Assembly: GCF_902713615.1 (NCBI RefSeq)
Contig: NC_052163.1
Span: forward strand, 110,735,093 to 110,799,092
Source: Scyliorhinus canicula
Lineage: Eukaryota
DNA length: 64,000 nt
Direction: 5' to 3'
A program made the position numbers and the translations under genes. Shown here in pieces: positions 34,030-46,241 of the stretch. Position 1 is the stretch's first letter. Each line of letters starts with the position of its first letter. The notes beneath the pieces are model-generated. The model worked only from the letters and a program-made list of their open reading frames with translations, did not search any database and was not told where the DNA came from.

Positions 34030-34790
34030 TTGGGGGGGGTGGGCGTACAAATTCACCAGAATAGTCTGGAATAACAGGGTTAAATTGTGAGGAGAGGTTA
34101 AACCAACTAGACTTGTATTCCCTGGAGTTTAAAAGATGAAGGGGTGATCTGATTAAATTGTTTAAAAATTAAAGCGACTAAAGGATTGGATAAGGTTGAT
34201 TGGGTGAAGCAATTTCCTCTGGTGGACGGAGTCCTGGATTAAGGTACTTGTTGAAATTCGAGCCCAATCTTTCAGGGGTGACGTCAGGAAACATTTCCTT
34301 ACACAAAAGTGGGGGGGGGGGGGGGGACCTGCAACTCTCTCTGACCAAAGGCTGTGGAGGCTGAGAGGCAATTGAAATGTTCAAGACTGAGATTGATAGA
34401 GGTTTGCCTGGTAAGGCTATTAAATTACCAAGGAAGCTAGCGGGAGGAAGGTAAAGAGCTATTTTACTATTAACAATAATCTTCCCACAGCGGTAACTAT
34501 CTACAATCACAGTCAACCAACATGCCGGTCCCTCCTCGGGCCGGCTTTTATGTTCAGTTCGAACGAGCCCCAGCCGGAGTTGCCTCCGCCCCCTTACCTG
34601 GCGAGCATGTACTCCACGGGCCCCATGGGGAGATCGATAATGGTTTCCCTGTCTGTCTCGTGGGGGTTACGACGGACTGTGAAGGGGTTGCAGAATGGTG
34701 GGTAAATGGAGTCAAGATATCGGTCAGCCATGGTCTAATTACATTTTGGAAGAGTTTTGATGGGCTGAATGGCCTCCTCCTGCTCTTGTG
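34030..34790 (+). mobile_element. Decayed CR1 3' fragment with an LTR-like insert at about 34445-34680
   Basis: gaggagaggttaaac..ggggtgatctgatt..ttcaagactgagattgataga..gggctgaatggcctcctcctgct. Confidence 0.7.
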
Positions 34791-34797
34791 ATACGGA

Positions 34798-34870
34798 CTT
34801 CAGGTGTTGCCCGATCTACGTCACCAGTGGATGAGTTGCACTGGTGACGTAGGTCGGGCAACACCTGAAG
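34798..34870. other. 32-bp inverted repeat (73-nt hairpin) in gene B intron
   Basis: Arms 34798-34829 and 34839-34870 are complementary at 31 of 32 positions, with a 9-nt loop. Confidence 0.9.
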
Positions 34871-35074
34871 ATTGATCTGACCAAACTGATGGTGTGAGCT
34901 GGGGGTGTGAGCAAGGAATCAAAACCTGTGTGTGTGCAGTGAGGATGTTCCAAATAGAAGCAGTGTGAATGGCTCTAACACGGTCAGGGAGATTCCCTGC
35001 AATGCCACGCAATGTGGACTCAAAATGTTTTCCCGAGTGGCTGACATAAAAACGCCCCGATAACTAAAAGCGTA

Positions 35075-36290
35075 AGATTCAGGAGCAGGGCTAGGCTATT
35101 TCACCCATCGAGCTTGCCCCATGATACAATAGGATCATGGTTGCTCTGCCTGAGATCTTCACTCCTCTTTGCTGCCTGTCCCCCATAATCCTCGACTCCC
35201 TTGTCAATCAGAAATCTGTCTAACTCAGCTTTGCGTGTACTCAATGGCCCGTTCACCACTGTTCTCTGGGGAAGGGAATATCAAACACTAACAGCTTGCA
35301 GACAGAGGAAATTGCTCCTCGTCACTGTCTTAAATGAGAGGCCCTTTATTTTGAAACTGGGTAAGGTCCTCTCAGTACCTATCATGTCACACACCCTCAG
35401 AATCTTTTGCGTTTCGATTAGATCACATGCCACTCTTCTCAACTGCGAAGAATGTAGTCCCTTCCTGTTCAATCTTTTCTCATAAGACAACCCCCTCATC
35501 ACAGGAATGAGCCCAGTGGACTTTCTCAGAACCTCTTCCACTGCAATTATATCCCTCCTGAAATAAGGAGATCAAAACTGTACACAGTGCTCCAGACTCA
35601 GCCTCGTTTATACCCTGTACATTTGTAGCAAGACTTCCTTACTCCATTCCGAACGGAGAGCATTCCTTCCTAATTACTTGCTGTGCCTGCACGTTAATGC
35701 CTGCATGTTAACCTTCTGGGATTCACGTACAGGGACGCCCAGTTCCCTCTGTACCACAGCATTCTTCCATCTCCCTCCATTTCAATAATAGGCTGCTCTT
35801 ATATTCCTCCCACCAAAGTGGACAACCTTACATTTCCCACATTATATTCCATCTGCCAACATTTTTCCCATTTACTTGACCCTTTTATATCCCTTTGCAG
35901 ATTGTTTTACCCTCCCCACAACTCACAAACTATCTTTGTGTCATCAGCAAGTTTGGCTACGATGCACCTTAATGTACATCGTAAATCATTGAGTCCATGG
36001 GAATGATCCCTGTGACACTCCACTGGGCATAGTTTACCAACCCGACCCATTTACCCCGACTTTCTGCTCCCTGTCAGCCAGTCCTCCACCGGTACTGAGC
36101 CATTACCGCACAACACCATAAGCTCTTACCTTGAGCAACAATCTCTCATGTGGTACCCTTGCGAATGCCGTTTGGAAGTCGAAATACACGACTGGTACCC
36201 CTTTATCCACACTGCCTGCTACATCCTCAAAGAACTCTAATAAACGTGTCCAACATGGTTTTCTTTTCACAAAACCACGTTGACTTCTGC
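35075..36290 (-). mobile_element. Decayed CR1 LINE fragment
   Basis: ORF 35281-35541 (GLSYEKRLNRKGLHS..RRVACDLIETQKIL) and RT remnants. Confidence 0.8.
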
Positions 36291-36295
36291 TAAAA

Positions 36296-36529
36296 GGGGG
36301 GCGGCACGGTGCTCAGTGGTTAGCACTGCTGCCTCACGGCGCTGAGGGCCCAGGTTCGATCCCGGCCCTGGGTTGCTGTCCGTGGGAGTTTGCACATCTC
36401 CCCGTGTCTGCGTGGGGCTCTCCCCCTCACAACCCAAAAAGATGTGCAAGGGTAGGTGGATTGGCCACGCTAAATTGCCCCTTAATTGGAGAAAAAAAGA
36501 ATTGGATACTCTAAGTTTATGGAAAAAAA
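36296..36529 (+). mobile_element. V-SINE, A-tailed form, close to the exon 1 donor of gene B
   Basis: A/B boxes, A-rich tail and degenerate TSD gacttctgctaaaagg / gactctgctgaaagg. Confidence 0.85.
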
Positions 36530-36594
36530 GACTCTGCTGAAAGGAGAAACGCATTACAGGAGAAAGGAAGTTAAGAGAACAGATTAATTCTTAC

Positions 36595-36673
36595 CTTGTT
36601 TCAACTGGCAGAGTGCAGTGGTTGAGAATATAAGTGCAAATAAAACAAACCTTTGGCAGTATGTAATGGCCAT
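36595..36673 (-). CDS. F2RL3: PAR4-like gene B, exon 1 (signal peptide MAITYCQRFVLFALIFSTTALCQLKQ)
   Basis: ATG in acagctATGG context, 26 codons + 1 nt, hydrophobic core, and donor AAG|gtaaga in phase 1 matching exon 2. Confidence 0.85.
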
Positions 36674-37249
36674 AGCTGTAGAGATGCCTGTTCTGTCCCC
36701 TAACTGCGTTGTCTGGCTGTTTAATAGCTATCGTGTGTGCTGTTACTGTTACAGAATCTTCCTGTTACTCCGGAAATCCAGCATAAACATTGGGAAGCAT
36801 AATGGCAGGAAACCTCCATCACAGATGGTTAACAGCCGAGGAATGAGCAGCACACCATATATTTGGGATTCCGGGAATTAATTCAGTCTGAGCTCATTGC
36901 AATTCACTTATAGACCTTCAAAACAAAATCATTCCTCCAAGTACCAGCCCAAATATGCAATCCAGATGGAGGACAGAGAGATATTCATCGTCTCTACACA
37001 TTTGTGTCTTTGTGTGACTCACATATTAGTTCTAACTTCTCTCAAAAACTAAAAAACATCAACTGTAAGTGTTTGGCCTGGGGTGACATTGGACAATAAT
37101 ATACCCCAAACAATATTGGATCATTCATTCCGCAATCCTCATCTCCATTGACCTCAATAAGATGATATCAGTTTAACTAGATAGTATTGTCTGGGATCTG
37201 TCATGTTTTCCTAATGATCAGCGGGCACCAATCGCTCGTCAGGAATTGT

Positions 37250-37699
37250 GTAAACATGTTATGGGGTAGTTGTTCAGACTGGGCAGATAATAACTTACAT
37301 TCATCGGTCGAAAATTTGAAGCCGCCAGCAGCAGAGCTGTGTGTGCTGTGTTCTGCTCGTAGGCCAAAGTGAAAATGAGACTGGATCACATGACGCACCT
37401 CCATTCTAATGGTGTCACGCAGCTATCCCTTAAAAACATATTACAACAGCCCCCTTTTTAAACATACACCCCCTTCTAAAAAGTACAACTATTTACAACA
37501 CATGTTGATGTTTAGTTACCATTACATAAATGTACAGGGCTGAAGCATCTATTAGTCTCTAAAGTGTAGAGGTAATCTGCTAGTGCACCCAGATCTTGTC
37601 ATGGTAACCTTGTCTGGAGGTTTCTTTAATTGCCCACAGTGATGTGTGGAGTTGTTATTGCTGGATGCTATTTCTGGTTGCATTTGGGATCTTGCCCTC
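37250..37699 (-). mobile_element. Decayed LTR-element 3' end, probably the host of Gypsy element 2 (continuing at about 42560-43060)
   Basis: Minus strand PPT-like aaaagggggc followed by tgttgtaat at 37448. Confidence 0.4.
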
Positions 37700-38043
37700 T
37701 GATGGAACCATCAATTCACCAGACACGTGTTTCCGATGTGAATCTAGGCTTTAATCGACTTACTTCAGAGCCAGCCTGTTACCTGTCGATGAACTCGTAA
37801 TGACCCAGGCTGACTCTGGACACGGGTATTTATACAGCTGCACTAGGGGGAGGAGTCGTGGGCGGAGCCAAGGGTGGAGCCCAGTACAAGTTCCTGAGTG
37901 CTGCCAGCGCTACTCCTCCTAGTGGTAGGATAGCGCTACTGCGCTTACAAAGACAGTGTGAATTAACATATATACATCTATATTACGTTCACCACAATCA
38001 CCCCCTTCAAAAAAATCAAGTCGGGCGGGAGTGGTGGTCTAGT

Positions 38044-41000
38044 CTATAAAGTCAGTCTGTCCGGCGGTCGAATTGTCCGCTGAGATCTGCAGAGCACCGG
38101 GGTTGCAGCCTCTTGCGGTGGCTGGATGGGTGTTGTGTGCTGGGGTACGATGACGGACTCCAGGGAGGGTTGTATCCGAGCTTCATACTCTCCTGGTTCG
38201 ACCGGGGACTGGGGACGCTGGGGGCTGGCCGGCGCGGGTGCGCGGAACTGGTGGAGCGAGCATGCGGGCTCGGGAGCGTGAGGGGGCGGCAGCATGGGGT
38301 GTAGGGTGAGAGGTCCTTCTGTAGGGGTAGAGGGGGCGCTGGATCCGGCGGGTGCTAGATCCCGGAGGGATACAGTGTCCTGACAGCTGTCAGGGAACTC
38401 GACGAATGCGTACTGGGGGTTGGAGTGGAGCAGGCGCACCTTCTCAACAAGGGGGTCGGTTTTGTGCGCCCTGACGTGTTTTCTCAGGAGTACGGGGCCC
38501 GGCGTCCTCAGCCATGCCAGAAGTGAGACCCCCGTGGTAGTGACCCTGGAAAAAATGAAGAGCCTCTCGTGAGGGGTCTGGTTGGTCGCCGTACACAAAA
38601 GGGACCTAATAGCGTGGAGCGCGTCTGGGAGGACTTCCTGCCACTGGGAGACTTGGAGCTTTCTAGACCGTAGGGTCAGTAGGACGGTCTTCCAGACCGT
38701 CGCGTTCTCCTTTTCCACCTGCCCGTTCCCCCTGGGGTTGTAGCTGGTAGTCCTGCTCAAGGCGATGCCCTTGTCGAGCAGGTACTGACACAGCTCGTCG
38801 CTCATGAAGGACGAACCCCAGTCGCTGTGTACGTAGTTGGGGAAACCAATCAGGGTGAAGATGCTATACAGGGCCCTAATGACTGTGTGGGAGGTCATGT
38901 CGGGGCACGGGATAGCGAATGGAAAACGGGAGAACTCGTCTACGACGTTTAAGAAGTAAACATTCTTGTTAGTTGAGGGGAGTGGCCCTTTGAAATCAAT
39001 CGCGAGGCGTTCAAAGGGCCAAGAAGCCTTGACCAGGTGGGCCCTGTCTGGTCTATAGAAGTGCGCCTTGCACTCCGCACAGATTGGGCAGTCCCTGGTG
39101 ACCGCTTTTACTTCCTCGTTGGAGAAAGGCAGGTTTCGGGCCCTGATGTAGTGGCCGAGCCGGGTGACCCCTGGGTGGCAGAGGTCATTGTGGATGCTTT
39201 TTAATCGGTCGATCTGCACGCTGGCGCATGTCCCGAGGGATAGGGCATCCGGAGGCTCGTTGAGCTTCCCGGGTCGATATTTGATATCGTAATTGTAGAC
39301 GGAGAGTTCGATCCTCCACCTCAGAATTTTATCGTTTTTTATTTTGCCCCTTTGCGAGTTGTCGAACATGAAGGCAACCGATCTTTGGTTTGGTGATGAG
39401 GGTGAACCTCCTACCTGCGAGGTAGTGCCTCCAGTGACGGATAGCCTCCACAATGGCTTGTGCTTCTTTCTCGACTGAAGAGTGTCGGAGTTCTGAAGCG
39501 GATAGGGTACGGGAGAAAAATGCAACGGGTCTCCCTGCCTGATTTAAAGTGGCTGCTAGAGCTACCTCTGAGGCGTCGTTCTCTACCTGAAATGGAGTGG
39601 ATTCATCCACCGCCCGCATGGCCGCTTTGGCAATGTCCTCCTTGATGCCGTCGAAGGCCTGGCGTGCCTCGGCTGACAGGGGAAATCGTGTGGCCCTAAA
39701 GAGTGGGCGGGCTTTGTCCGCATTTTGAGGGACCCACTGGGCGTAGTAGGAAAAAAATCCCAAGCACCGTTTGAGGGCCTTGGGACAATGAGGGGGAGGG
39801 AGTTCTAAGAGGGTCCGGGTCGGGGCTCAGGACTCCGTTTTCCACGACGTAGCCGAGGATGGCTAGTCTGGATGTGCGGAAAACGCATTTTTCCTTGTTG
39901 TACGTGAGGTTCAGTTTCTGTGCCGTCTGGAGAAAACGGTGGAGGTTGGCGTCGTGGTCCTGCTGGTCATAGCCGCAGATGGTGACATTGTCCAAGTACG
40001 GAAACGTAGCCCGCAGCCCGTACTGGTCCACCATTCGGTCCATTGCTCATTGGAACACCGAGACCCCATTAGTGATGCTGAAAGGGACCCGGAGGAAATG
40101 GAAGAGCCGGCCATCGGTCTCGAATGCCGTGTAGTGGCGGTCCTCCGGGCGGATTGGGAGCTGGTGGTATGCAGACTTCAGATCCACTGTGGAAAAGAGC
40201 CGGTATTGGGCGATCTGGTTTACCATGTCTGCAATCCTGGGGAGGGGATATGTGTCGAGGAGCGTAAATCTATTTATTGTCTGACTGTAGTCGACCACCA
40301 TACGGAATTTTTCCCCAGTCTTGACGACCACCACCTGAGCTCTCCAGGGACTATTGCTGGCCTCTATAACCACCTCACTGAGTAGCCTTCGGACCTCTGC
40401 TCTGACAAATACCCTATCCTGCAGGCTGTATCGCCGGCTACGAGTGGCTACGGGTTTACAGTCCTTAGTGAGATTGGCAAAGAGAGGAGGGGGGGGGGGA
40501 ATTCGCAGCGTAGCGAGGCTACAGATCGTGAGTGGGGGCAGGGGCCCTCCGAAGCTGAGGGTGAGGCTCTTGAGGTTGCATTGGAAGTCTAGGCCTAATA
40601 AGAGTGGCGCGCAGAGTTCGGGCAAAACGTAGAGTTTGAACTTCGAGTAACTAGCGCCTCAGATTGTGTGTCGCGGCGGTGCGCCCCTGGATCTGGACCG
40701 AATGGGAGCCTGAAGCGAGCGCGATAGTTTGCTGCGCGGGGAAAACGGGGAGCGAACAGCGTCTTACCAGGTCTGGTTGTATGAAGATCTCTGTGCTCCC
40801 GGAGTTGAAGAGGCGTGGCGTACTGTACCCGTTGATATGGACCTCTGCCATCGGGTTTTGTAGATTCTTTGGTCGTGATTGGTCCAGGGTAACTGCGCTG
40901 AGATGCGGGTAGTCGGCGGCTCGATCAGCTGTGCTGGAGTGGCCCCATGTTGACTGCCCTCTGAGTTCATAGTCTAGTTCGAATTCCTCCGCTGAGTTGT

Positions 41001-42093
41001 CCGAGCGCGGAGGTGCCAATCGGGCCCGTGGATCGCATGTGGTGGGCGGCAAGGAAGCTGGCATCCAAGATGGCGGCCCCCATGAGTCGCACGTGGTGGG
41101 TGGTGAGGAAGATGGCGTCCAAGATGGCGGCCCCCACGAGTCGTACGTGGCCGGCCGCGTGGTGGAGGTTTTCCAAGATGGCGGCCCCCATGGACCGCAC
41201 GTGGCTGGAGGGGGCGGAGTCAGGGCATAGGCCGCAGCGTTTCGGGCCCCGCGGGGCTGCGAGTGAGGGGAGCAATTACTGCGAGTCGCTGGGGAGTTGG
41301 AAGCTGGGGCCCTTTTTGCGAGGCACACTCTTGCGTAATGCCCTTTTCGCCCGCAGCTGCTGCAGGTTGCATTGCGGGCCGGGCAGTGCTACCGCGGGTG
41401 CTGATTCTGGCCGCAGAAATGGCAGGCTGGAGCAGCATAGTGGCTGGCTGGAGCAGCATAGTGGCTGGCTGGGGCAGCATGGTGGCTGGGCGGGCGCGTA
41501 GCACAGGCCTGGGGGAGTCGCTGGTCGGGGGCCCATGATTGGGTTGCGGGGTCCACGGGGAACGAGTTAAGGCTGCAGAAGGAGACCTCCATAGTGGTAG
41601 CAGCTTCCACAGTCGTTTCTAAGTCCTGGGCCCCCTTTTCCAGTAGTCGTTGGCGCACATAGTTAGACCTGAGGCCCGCTACAAAAACATCGCGTACCGC
41701 CAATTCCCTGTGTTCAGCTGCGGTAACCGCTTGGTAATTACAGTCATTGGACAAATTATTAAGTTCTCTTAGGAATTCGGCGAGTCATTCCGTAGGCTGC
41801 TGGCGGCGCGTCGTGAACACATGGCGAGCGTAAACTTCATTAATAGGCCAAACATACATTTTTTCGAGAACTGCTAGCACCGCAGTATATGAACTGGCCG
41901 AGTTTAGTTGAGTAGAGATTCTGTGGCTCACCCTCGCGTGCAGTAGACTTAGCTTCTGATTCTCTGTAGTTTCGGCTGTGCTCGCTTCGGCCAGGTAGGC
42001 CTTGAAGCACCGGATCCAGTGGGAGAAGATTTCTTTAGCCTCTGCATCCTGCGGGTTGTGTTCCAGGTGTCCAGGCTTGAGGGCCGATTCCAT
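38044..42093 (-). pseudogene. gag-pol pseudogene of Gypsy element 2
   Basis: ORFs 41785-42093, 41389-41754, 40651-41328, 40047-40625, 39696-40043, 39329-39763 and 38044-39525; protease motif reads FNSGS against FDSGS in element 1. Confidence 0.9.
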
Positions 42094-42322
42094 AATCGAT
42101 CTTTACTGTTCTTAAGTCGATTAAATTGATGGAACCATCAATTCACCAGACACATGTTTCCGATGTGAATCTAGGCTTTAATCGACTTACTTCAGAGCCA
42201 GCCTGTTACCTGTCGAACACGTAGTGACCCAGGCTGACTCTGGACATGGGTATTTATACAGCTGCACTAGGGGGAGGAGTCGTGGGCGGAGCCAAGGGTG
42301 GAGCCCAGTACAAGTTCCTGAG

Positions 42323-42472
42323 GCATTTAAAAATTTAAAAGTTTATTGGATAAGCATATGGATGATAATGGCATAGTGTAGGTTAGATGGCCTTTAGTTT
42401 TTGACTTCCCATGTCGGTGCAACATCGTGGGCCGAAGGGCCTGTACTGCGCTGTATCGTTCTATGTTCTATG
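42323..42472 (+). mobile_element. CR1 3' tail inserted in the 5' LTR of Gypsy element 2
   Basis: Absent from the 3' LTR; ends gggccgaagggcctgtactgcgctgtatcg(ttctatg)n. Confidence 0.88.
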
Positions 42473-43639
42473 TACTCCCCCTAGTGGTAGGATAGCACTA
42501 CTGCGCTTACAAAGACAGTGTGAATTAACATATATACATCTATATTACATTCACCACAACCTCAATGCATTAGGTGGTTGAGGAGTTGAAATGGATCTGA
42601 TTTGTTCTTGGCTATGCCACACCATTGTGTATTCATGTGTAACGATTTCATAAGGGCTTAGTTCCAAACAAATCCTAGTCCCCTCGCCTGGTTTGTCAGT
42701 CACCTCATATGCATGATTCTGATCGGGCAGTGGATGGTCATTCTTGTTGCTGGAAGGTACCCGATGTGTACGGCCTGTTTGGATCAGAACACGGCTCTTT
42801 GTGGCTGCATCAGCCTTTGCTCTGGTGCCCTGCTGCTGCCAATGGCCCTTTCTGCCACGTGCTTTTCAGACTTGATAGAAAGCTGGTCATTCCCTTGGTG
42901 CATGCAGAAGGCGACATCTTCCACGTATCTTTCTAGGTTTAGGTGTTGTAGTGAGCAAGTCAACAATTGGGGTTGTGCTTAGAACCTTTAGACGTCAGCG
43001 ACCTGCGAGGATCACCTCATACTCACATCACCCTTGAATAGCTCCTCACTGCTGTATGTTTTGGGCTTGCTCGAGGGCGGCACAGTGGCACAGCGATTAG
43101 CACTGATGAAGTGGTCTATGGATTCTGTAGGCTGTTGTCAAAATGACATGAAGTGTAGCTGATGAATAGGGAAATGCAACCTGATTCTGAACCACTTTTC
43201 CAAACAGTCCACGGCCAGAATTTTAAGTTACTGAGGCAGGTGCCTGCCCGACCTGGAAGCAGATGTAATCGCACGAGAAGACATCAGGAATTGTCTCAAT
43301 GTCTTCGCACAATATCCCAGTCAGCGGGCGTAGACGGGAATCAGAAGTGCGCCCGCCGACCATTAAGTGGGCAAATTAAGCTCATTCAGGAGCCAATTGG
43401 TTTTACATGGCCCAACTACTCTTATGGTTAGCTGGCACGTGGATTGGCTAGACGGCCTTTACGTTTTAGCTGCAACCTCGAACCAGGGCAGGATGATATG
43501 TCAGGGCTGAAATAAAATTAAAATAGGCATTGGAGGAGTGAGGTTTATGCTTCATTGAGTTGCCTAGACTCGCGCTGGTTGTCAATGCCATTTCCCATTT
43601 TAGCCACCCCAAACCGCCAAGAAGCCCATGGGCATGAAT

Positions 43640-43753
43640 TGAAACACAACGGCCAGAGAATTCCAAATATTCACAACCCTTTGAGGGAAGAAATTTCTCC
43701 TCATGTCGGCTCGTTATCCTGAGACTGTTCTTGGGATGACTGTGACCACCACC

Positions 43754-43786
<33 letters not shown>

Positions 43787-44530
43787 AAAACTTCCATGTT
43801 TTAGATTCTCACTGCGATTATCCCTCATTCTTCCGATCGCCAGGGAATATGGTGGTGGTATGTTACTATTCACTCGGGGGGGGGGGGGGGGGGGTGGGTG
43901 CGTGTTGCCATGGTAACATGCACCTTTCCATGCATGTTGTAGTCTGGAGCTATGGCCAATGATGGCTTGGGCTCCATCTTTCTCTCCATCGCTTGGATGA
44001 CCAGGAATCTCTCCCACTCTTACCGCCAGCCATTGGTGTGTTGGAAGGATTTTGCAGGGGCCAATCTCGTGAACCTTCACTGTCCCGCCTTCAGTGCAAG
44101 TATATCTTTCCTTAAATGTGGAGACCAAAACTGCACACAGTATTCCAGATGTGGTCTCACCAAAACCCTGCACAGCTGTAGCAAGAATTTTTTATTCTTG
44201 TGCTCCAATGCCCCTTGGAATAAAGACCACCGTGCCGTTTACCTTCCTAATGGCTTGTTGCACCTGCATGCTAACGTCCTGCATTCTTTGTACCAGCACA
44301 CCCAAGTCCCTTTGAACATCAACACTTACAAGTTTATTTTTTTAAATCTTCAGTTTTTCTATCCTTGTGAGCAAAGTGAATAACTTCATACTTCACCAAA
44401 TTCTACTCCTTCTGCCATCTTATTGCCCACTCACTTAACTTGTCTGTATCACTTTGCAGCTTCTCTGTGTTCTCCCCACAGCTTCCCTTTCCAACTAGCT
44501 TGGCATCATCCGCCAACTTAGATACATTTG
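43640..44530 (-). mobile_element. Decayed CR1 fragments
   Basis: VSKLADDAKLVG..EKLQSDTDKLSEWAIRWQ and LVRPHLEYCVQFWSP-like sequence at about 44100-44170. Confidence 0.8.
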
Positions 44531-44680
44531 TCTCTTTGTGATAATGCTCACAAGGACCATGGGGGTCACTAATCAATCTCCCCCGTGGGGCTGATAGAGT
44601 ACACGCCCTCATGTTTGCAGGCGGAGGCTCAAGCCGTTGGAAATCCATGTTGCATATAATAGTCAAGAAGCACGGGTACG

Positions 44681-44905
44681 GGCAGCACGGTGGCCTAGTG
44701 GTGAGCACAACCGCCTCACGGCGCCAAGGTCCCAGGTTCGATCCCGGCTCTGGGTCACTGTCTGTGTGGAGTTTGCACATTCTCCCCGTGTCTGCGTGGG
44801 TTTCGCCCCCACAACCCAAAAATGTGCAGGTTAGGTGGATTGGCCATGCTAAATTGCCCCTTAATTGGAAAAAATAATTGGGTAATCTAAATTTATTTTT
44901 TTTTA
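44681..44905 (+). mobile_element. V-SINE, short-tailed form
   Basis: A/B boxes and TSD-like aagaagcacgggta / aagtagcatgggta. Confidence 0.85.
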
Positions 44906-46014
44906 AAGTAGCATGGGTATGCCTCCTTGTGGTCAAAGGGGTGGGCAGCGTTTGTTCGGGCGGGACTGGCTCAGCAAAATTCCATTGAAGTGGAATGAGC
45001 TCATGAACACGAGAGTGACCAAGAATATTGTCAAGAAGAATCCGGATAGTTAGATGCTTATTTATTACTTAGGGGGGAACGGTTTTCTTCCAACTCTGCG
45101 GGAGGCTTGACGTTCTCAAAACTGGACATGAGTCAGGCATGTCAACAACTCTTGTTCGAGGAAGATTCCAAGGAGTACGTCCCCAACGCTCATAAATAGT
45201 GTTGTTCAAGTACAATCTTTTGGCTTTTGGTGCTTCCTCCAGTCCGGCGATCTTTCAAAGGACGATGGACAAAGTGTCGCAGGGGATTCCTCGGCTGGCA
45301 GTCTACTTAGATGGACATCGTAATTACAGAGAGGACTGATATGGAACACCTCAGCAATCTGGATCAAGTTTTTAAAATGTTTTCAGAGGCAAGTATCTGA
45401 GGCTGAGATACTTGATTTCAGGCACCAAGTGTTGAGTATCTAGGCCACAGAAGCACTGCACACGGTTTACCTCCTGTGGAGGGAAATGTTTGAGTGATTA
45501 AGAAAGCTCTAGAATCCAGCACTGTGCCAGAGCTCAGGTCATTTTTGGGCTTGGTAAACTACTACTGAAAGTTTTTGCCAGACCTGTCGACAGTGTTGGC
45601 TCCACTGTACCTACCTCTGCACAAGGAAACCAGATGGAAGTGGGAGTCTGCACAGATGAAGGTTTAATGTGAAAGTGTTGCTGCAATCATCTAATTTGAT
45701 CCAGAAAGAGAACTTATCCTGTTGTGTGATGCCACGCCCTACGGTTCGGGGTGGTATTTTGTCATGTAATGGAGGTATGGTATGAAAATCCCATTGGTTT
45801 TGTAACTAAGACGCTGACAAAGGCTGAAAAGGGATATTCACAGTTGATCAAAGAGCGTCCACCTATCGTTTTTGTGGCAAAAAGATTCCATCAGTACCTC
45901 TAGGGTCATCACCATATGTACCAACCGCACGCCATTGATGAGTCTTTTCCGTGAGTTAAAATGTATTCCTCCCACGGCCTCACCAGGAGTACAACGCTGG
46001 GCGCTTCCATTATC

Positions 46015-46241
46015 TTTTTTTTAATAAATTTAGATTAGCCAATTATTTTTTCCAATTAAGGGGCAATTTAGCGTGGCCAATCCACCTACTCTGCACATTT
46101 TTGGGTTGTGGGGGCGAAACCCACGCAGACACGGGGAGAACGTGCAAACTCCACACGGACAGTGACCCAGAGCCGGGATCGAACCTGGGACCTCAGCGCC
46201 GTGAAGGCGGTTGTGCTAACCACTAGGCCACCGTGCTGCCC
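46015..46241 (-). mobile_element. V-SINE, A-tailed, with exact 14-bp TSD
   Basis: TSD gcgcttccattatc at 46001-46014 and 46244-46257. Confidence 0.92.

Larger units (their letters stand above)
37700..42558 (-). mobile_element. Gypsy LTR retrotransposon 2, near full length, frameshifted
   Basis: 3' LTR 37700-37996 and 5' LTR 42127-42558; TSD ccctc / acctc; gag MESALKP from 42093; protease; RT (VDLKSAYHQ, YLDN); RNase H; integrase (HPG..CPIC, DFKGPLP, HSD, GQVE); PPT gaagggggtga. Confidence 0.97.

Noticed and set aside
32835-34090. Pro/His-rich and Gly/Trp-rich ORFs
   Set aside because: Low-complexity C and G tracts.
38044-39525. 493-aa ORF as a domesticated integrase gene
   Set aside because: It lies within a frameshifted LTR-bounded element, and its N-terminus is an off-frame read of RNase H.
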